Assembly (NCBI GenBank): GCA_903953565.1
Contig: CAJBKE010000061.1
Coordinates: 7,604 to 71,603 of the forward strand
Reading direction: 5' to 3'
Source of the DNA: an uncultured Verrucomicrobiota bacterium
GTDB taxonomy: Bacteria > Verrucomicrobiota > Verrucomicrobiia > Chthoniobacterales > JACTMZ01
Length of the DNA: 64,000 nucleotides
Shown here piece after piece: positions 59,669 through 64,000 of the stretch; positions within the stretch are counted from its first letter, which is position 1, and each line of letters opens with the position of its first letter. The notes below the pieces were generated by a model. The model saw only the letters and a list, made by a program, of their open reading frames with translations. It made no database searches and had not been told where the DNA came from. Position numbers and translations under genes: made by a program.

Positions 59669-62600
59669 TCACGGAATGCTGATCTCAATTTTGTAGAATT
59701 TGTTCGTCCCGAAATCTCCGTTATCAATGACAGTGCGAATGATGTTGGGCTCGGTGCCAGCATCACTTGACGCGCCTCCGCTCAGGGGGATCCATGCTCC
59801 AGAGGTGAGGAAATCAGCAGTTTTCAATGTGTAGGTGCGGCCACTGAAGATAGGGCTGAAGCTAATGGCAAATTGGTTCGGTTGGCCCGGCGTGGCAGAC
59901 ACCGTGGTTTTAAACACGGAAGCGGCATTCGTAGGCACCAAACCGGCAACGAATTCGAAAGTGTTCACGTTGCCGTCGCCATCGTCGTCTCCGTTCGGCC
60001 CTTGCAAGAGGTTGTGTTGGGCGGACCATGCGGTGTAAGGCGTGACGACTGTGATGCCCAATAAGACGGTAGTCGATCCGCCGGTGTTCGTCGCCGTAAT
60101 GGTGTAGCAGGCGGGCGCAGTCTCCGCCGTTGGCGTCCCGCTGATGATGCCCGAGGATGTGTCGAGCGTCAGGCCGGCCGGCAACGCAGGCGATACCGCA
60201 TACGAAACCACCCCTCCCCCGCTGCTGTTCGGCGTGTTGTTCGTGATCACCGCGCCCTTGGTGTAAGTGGCCGGGTTGCTGGAGTAACTAAGAGACGAGG
60301 GCGCAGCGTCATTGACCGTGATGCTCAACGAGGCGGTGGTCGACCCGCCGCTGTTCGTCGCTGTCACGGTGTAATCGGCTGTGGAGGTCACCGCCGAGGG
60401 AGTTCCGCTAATAACACCCGTCGCAGTGTCCAGCGTCAGCCCGGCCGGCAACGCGGGCGAAACCGCATATGAAACCACCGGTCCACCGCTGCTCGTCGGC
60501 GTGTTGCTCGTGATCTCCGTGCCCTTCGTGTAAGTAGCCGAGGTGCTGGCGTAGCCCAGCGAAGACGGCGCGGCATCGTTCACCGTGATACTCACCGACG
60601 CGGTGGTCGATCCGCCGCTGTTCATCGCCGTAACGGTGTAGGCAGTGGTCGAGGTTACGGTGGCAGGCGATCCGCTGATGACGCCGGTGGAGGTGTCGAG
60701 CGTCAGCCCCGCTGGTAGCGTGGGTGAAACCGCATACGAGACCACCGCGCCGCCGCTGCTCGTCGGGGTGTTGGCGGTGATCGCCGTGCCCTTGGTGTAG
60801 GTAGCCGGGTTGCTGGAGTAACTGAGAGAGGAGGGCGCAGCGTCATTGACCGTGATGCTCACCGAGGCGGTGGTCGACCCGCCGCTGTTCGTCGCTGTCA
60901 CGGTGTAATCGGCTGTGGAGGTCACCGCCGAGGGAGTTCCGCTAATGACACCCGTCGCAGTGTCCAGCGCCAGCCCGGCCGGCAACGCGGGCGATACCGC
61001 ATAAGAAACCACCACGCCACCACTGCTGTTCGGCGTGTTGTTCGTGATCACCGCGCCTTTGATGTAGGTGGCCGGGTTGCTGGAGTAACTGAGAGAGGAG
61101 GGCTCAGCATCATTGACCGTGATGCTCACCGAGGCGGTGGTCGAGCCGCCGCTATTACTCGCCGTGACGGTGCAATCGGCGGGCGCGGTCACTGCCGTCG
61201 GCGTGCCGCTGATGATGCCCGTCGAGGTATTAAGCGTCAGCCCGGCCGGCAACGCGGGCGAAACCGCATACGAAACCACCACGCCACCAATGCTCGTCGG
61301 CGTGCTGTTAGTGATCGCCTCACCCTTGGTGTAAGTCGCGGGATTGTTGGCGTAGCTCAGCGAAGAGGGTGCGGCATCGTTCACCGTGATGCTCAGAGGG
61401 AAGCTCGTTGATCCGCCGGAGTTCGTTGCCGTTACGGTGTAACTGGCTGTGGCAGTCACTGCCGTCGGTGTGCCGCTGATGACGCCCGTCGAAGTGTTAA
61501 GCGTGAGCCCGGCCGGAAGGGCAGGCAAAACCGCATACGAAACCACCCCGCCCCCACTGCTCGTCGGCGTGTTGTTCGTGATCGCCGCGCCCTTGGTGTA
61601 TGTGGCCGGGCTGCTCGCATAGGACAACGAGGAAGGGGCGACGACGGCTGGCGGACTGACCTCAAAGGAGATACTCCATCCACCGCTAATCGTTCCGGCG
61701 TCCTGCTGGTCATCATCTCGCACATAAAGGCTCCAGACTCCAGTGGGATTGGTGCCAATGAAGGTGGATAAGGTCGTAGCATACGGCGAAGCGGGAGCAG
61801 GCGAAGGAAAGGTGTCGGAGTTGGTGTCGTTGTTTGTGGGCTTGTAGGTGCCGCTGATGATCGAGTTGTTTGGAAGTGAAGCCGAGGCCGTGTCGTTGAA
61901 TGAAATACTCGCATTCACAACATCAGCTGTTCCCCCAGCGTCAGACATCAGGAGCAACTTCTGCCCGGAAGGCCCGACCAGCAGAATATCCACATCCGAT
62001 GGGTAGGTGTGATTAAAGCCATTGAGTGAGACCGTTGCCTTGATGACCGTTCCGCTTGTTGACGGAACCGTGATCGTGGAGGGATAAGGCGTAGCAGCTG
62101 CCCGGTCATTGATCGTGATCGCCGAGGAGTTGCTATAGGTCAGGAAATCATTGACCGTGATCGCCAGCAAAGCAGTCGCAGATCCGCCACTGTTCGATGC
62201 CGTGACAGTGCAACTGGTAGTCGGAGTCGCCGCCGTGGGCGTGCCGCTGATGACACCGTTGGTAGTGTTCAGAGTTAACCCGGCGGGCAGGGCCGGCGAA
62301 ACTCCATAGGAGACCACCGCTCCACCGCTGTTGGTCGGCGTGTTATTGGTGATCGCGGCGCCTTTCCTGTAAGTGGCCGGGTTGCTGGAATAGGTCAGCA
62401 CCGAGGGCGCGACATCTTTGACCGTGATGTTCAACGAAGCAGTCGTGGACCCCGCACTGTTGGTTGCGGTAACGATGTAGTTGGAGGCAGAAGTCACCGC
62501 TGTGGGCGTCCCGCTGATGATCCCTGAGCTCGTGCTTAGCGCGAGGCCCGCTGGCAGTGCGGGCGATACAGAATAAGAAGCCACGGCTCCGCCAGTGCTG

Positions 62601-64000
62601 CTCGGGCTGTTGTTCGTGATTGCCGTTCCCTTCGTGTAGATGACCGGATTGGTTGCATAGGTCAGATTTGCGGGCGGTGAGGTCGCGCTAGCATTATTAA
62701 CCGTGATCGTTAGCAGGGCTGTCGTAGATCCGCCGCTGTTCGTCGCCGTGACGGTGTAAACCGTTGTCGGGCTGGCCGCGGTGGGAGTGCCCCGGGTTTC
62801 GCCCTGTGCGTTTAGGGTTAGGCCGGCGGGTAGCGCGGGCGTGATGGAATACAAAACCACGGCACCACCACTGCTGGTGGGCGAGTTTCTCGTGGCGTTC
62901 ACGAGCGCCGTGCCCACAGTAAAAACGGCGGGGTTGTTGGAGTATCCCAGCGATGAGGGCGGTATATCGTTGACCGTGATACTCACGGAGGCGGTCGTGG
63001 AGCCATTGGTGTTCGCGGCCGTGATCGTGTAAGTGGCGGTCGCAGTCACCGCCGTGGGCGTCCCGCCGATCACACCCGTGGCAGGATCCAGCGTCAGGCC
63101 CGCGGGGAGCGCGGGTGTGACTGAATAGGATGCCACGGCTCCCCCGCCGCTGGTCGGCGCATTATTGGTGATCGCCGTGCCCTTCGTGTAGGTAGCCGGG
63201 TTGCTGGAGTAGGATAGCAACGTGGGCGCAAGACCGGTAACGGTGATGCTGACCTGAGCCGTAGTGGATCCGCCGGAATTCGTCGCTGTCACGGTGTGAA
63301 AAGTCGTCGCACTGGCAGCCAAGGGCGTGCCGCTGATCACACCCGTGGAGGTGTTGAGCGTGAGACCGACTGGCAGTGCGGGCGATACCGCGTAGGAAAC
63401 CACGATTCCTCCAGTATTCGCCGGCGTATTAAAGGGGATCACCACGCCTGCGGTGTAAGCGGCGGGGTTGCTGGAATAAGTCAGCGCCGAAGGCGCGATA
63501 TCATTCACCGTGATAGTTAGATTAGCAGTCGTAGAGCCATCGGCATTCGTTGCCGTGATGGTGTAGGTCGCGGTCGCGGTCACTTCCGTCGGCGTGCCGC
63601 TGATGACTCCCGTGGTGCTGTTCAGGTAAAGACCTTTGGGCAGCCGCGGCGAAGCCACATACCTGATCGCGCTGCCTCCAATACTGGCAGGTAAGAGATT
63701 TGCGATTGCCGTGCCCTTCGTGTAGGCGGAAGGGATGGAGTAAGTCAGCGCCGTAGGCGGATTCGGGCCAGGCGAGCTGACGTCAATCAAGAGGGTCGCC
63801 GTGTCGGAACCACCGGTGCTGCTGACCTGCACGGTCCAACGGTTCAGACCGGCGTCGGCGGACGTCGGTGTTCCCGAGAGGGCTCCGCTGGAGGAAACTG
63901 TGAGCCAGTCAGTTCCTCCGGAAATCTTGGAAAGCTTGGTAAACGTCAGCGGCTGGCTGTTCGGATCGGTGGCGTCACCCGCCATTGTCTGGCCTGTGTA
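59669..64000 (-). CDS. giant surface protein: at least 13 He_PIG/cadherin-like Ig repeats, an internal proprotein-convertase P-domain and a DxDGDG C-terminal module (5' end outside the window)
   Basis: The frame stays open past the listed M at 63985 to the window edge. 88-93 aa repeats follow the pattern YSSNPATYTKG.AITNNTPTSSGGAVVSYAVSPALPAGLTL.T.TGVISGTPTAVT....YTVTATNSGGSTTASVSITVND. The P-domain occupies aa 614-782 (DVDILLVGPSG...GVWSLYVRDDDQQDAGTISGGWSISFEV). Confidence 0.85.
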   Translation of the reverse strand, partial: YTGQTMAGDATDPNSQPLTFTKLSKISGGTDWLTVSSSGALSGTPTSADAGLNRWTVQVSSTGGSDTATLLIDVSSPGPNPPTALTYSIPSAYTKGTAIANLLPASIGGSAIRYVASPRLPKGLYLNSTTGVISGTPTEVTATATYTITATNADGSTTANLTITVNDIAPSALTYSSNPAAYTAGVVIPFNTPANTGGIVVSYAVSPALPVGLTLNTSTGVISGTPLAASATTFHTVTATNSGGSTTAQVSITVTGLAPTLLSYSSNPATYTKGTAITNNAPTSGGGAVASYSVTPALPAGLTLDPATGVIGGTPTAVTATATYTITAANTNGSTTASVSITVNDIPPSSLGYSNNPAVFTVGTALVNATRNSPTSSGGAVVLYSITPALPAGLTLNAQGETRGTPTAASPTTVYTVTATNSGGSTTALLTITVNNASATSPPANLTYATNPVIYTKGTAITNNSPSSTGGAVASYSVSPALPAGLALSTSSGIISGTPTAVTSASNYIVTATNSAGSTTASLNITVKDVAPSVLTYSSNPATYRKGAAITNNTPTNSGGAVVSYGVSPALPAGLTLNTTNGVISGTPTAATPTTSCTVTASNSGGSATALLAITVNDFLTYSNSSAITINDRAAATPYPSTITVPSTSGTVIKATVSLNGFNHTYPSDVDILLVGPSGQKLLLMSDAGGTADVVNASISFNDTASASLPNNSIISGTYKPTNNDTNSDTFPSPAPASPYATTLSTFIGTNPTGVWSLYVRDDDQQDAGTISGGWSISFEVSPPAVVAPSSLSYASSPATYTKGAAITNNTPTSSGGGVVSYAVLPALPAGLTLNTSTGVISGTPTAVTATASYTVTATNSGGSTSFPLSITVNDAAPSSLSYANNPATYTKGEAITNSTPTSIGGVVVSYAVSPALPAGLTLNTSTGIISGTPTAVTAPADCTVTASNSGGSTTASVSITVNDAEPSSLSYSSNPATYIKGAVITNNTPNSSGGVVVSYAVSPALPAGLALDTATGVISGTPSAVTSTADYTVTATNSGGSTTASVSITVNDAAPSSLSYSSNPATYTKGTAITANTPTSSGGAVVSYAVSPTLPAGLTLDTSTGVISGSPATVTSTTAYTVTAMNSGGSTTASVSITVNDAAPSSLGYASTSATYTKGTEITSNTPTSSGGPVVSYAVSPALPAGLTLDTATGVISGTPSAVTSTADYTVTATNSGGSTTASLSITVNDAAPSSLSYSSNPATYTKGAVITNNTPNSSGGGVVSYAVSPALPAGLTLDTSSGIISGTPTAETAPACYTITATNTGGSTTVLLGITVVTPYTAWSAQHNLLQGPNGDDDGDGNVNTFEFVAGLVPTNAASVFKTTVSATPGQPNQFAISFSPIFSGRTYTLKTADFLTSGAWIPLSGGASSDAGTEPNIIRTVIDNGDFGTNKFYKIEISIP
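60044..61639 (-). repeat. in-frame tandem coding repeats R7-R12 (264-267 bp units), partly near-identical at the DNA level
   Basis: Six consecutive 88-89 aa units downstream of the P-domain. 60301-60460 and 60835-60994 (offset 534 bp, or 2 units) differ at only a handful of positions. Confidence 0.85.
62147..63772 (-). repeat. in-frame tandem coding repeats R1-R6 (267-279 bp units)
   Basis: Six consecutive 89-93 aa He_PIG-like units upstream of the P-domain, with moderate divergence between units. Confidence 0.8.

Noticed and set aside
60044-63772. A strong ~265-bp periodicity, considered as a CRISPR or satellite array.
   Set aside because: The repeats are contiguous with no unique spacers. 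They are in-frame, multiples of 3 bp, and translate into Ig-like (He_PIG) domains within one long ORF.

Overview
High-GC bacterial chromosomal segment. The gene content (many Cys-type sulfatases, a giant He_PIG-repeat surface protein, a TIGR04073-type exosortase-associated protein, DxDGDG..EYAxG C-terminal modules) suggests a Verrucomicrobiota/Opitutales-like organism; this is inference, not a search result. Positions 1-44000 are tightly packed, mostly housekeeping genes: tgt, mrp, rpoN, tsaD, ctp, folK, panB, uvrB, holA, ruvA, rpoA-rplQ, tatC, argH, fur, rpiA, nrdR, hemB, valS, a ClC channel, ruvC-lipB-rlmH, gnd and terC. Many junctions overlap by 4 bp (ATGA/GTGA). A few small accessory genes sit among them: HD, NTF2-like, HPP, GNAT, DUF1801, and one Phd/VapC toxin-antitoxin pair. 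Positions 44532-64000 look accessory. They hold 11 co-directional minus-strand genes that combine the Leloir pathway (galK, galM, galE) with four S1 sulfatases, an SGNH esterase, a GH-like enzyme, an SSS sugar symporter and a giant repeat protein (>1438 aa, open at the window edge) carrying an embedded proprotein-convertase P-domain. I found no rRNA, no intact tRNA, no CRISPR, no transposase or integrase, and no recognisable defence island, so I cannot support a claim of a new multi-gene system. Five signals are not explained by ordinary gene calls. (1) A 63-106 bp palindromic REP/BIME-like element family occurs at four intergenic sites. (2) Repeat units inside the giant gene show mosaic near-identity. 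(3) A decayed tRNA-Val-like sequence lies in a 530-bp non-coding island. (4) An NrdR-box-like palindrome lies inside the nrdR promoter. (5) An uncharacterised ATP-grasp-like gene is translationally coupled to ruvA. All long ORFs antisense to recognisable genes were treated as GC-driven shadow ORFs.
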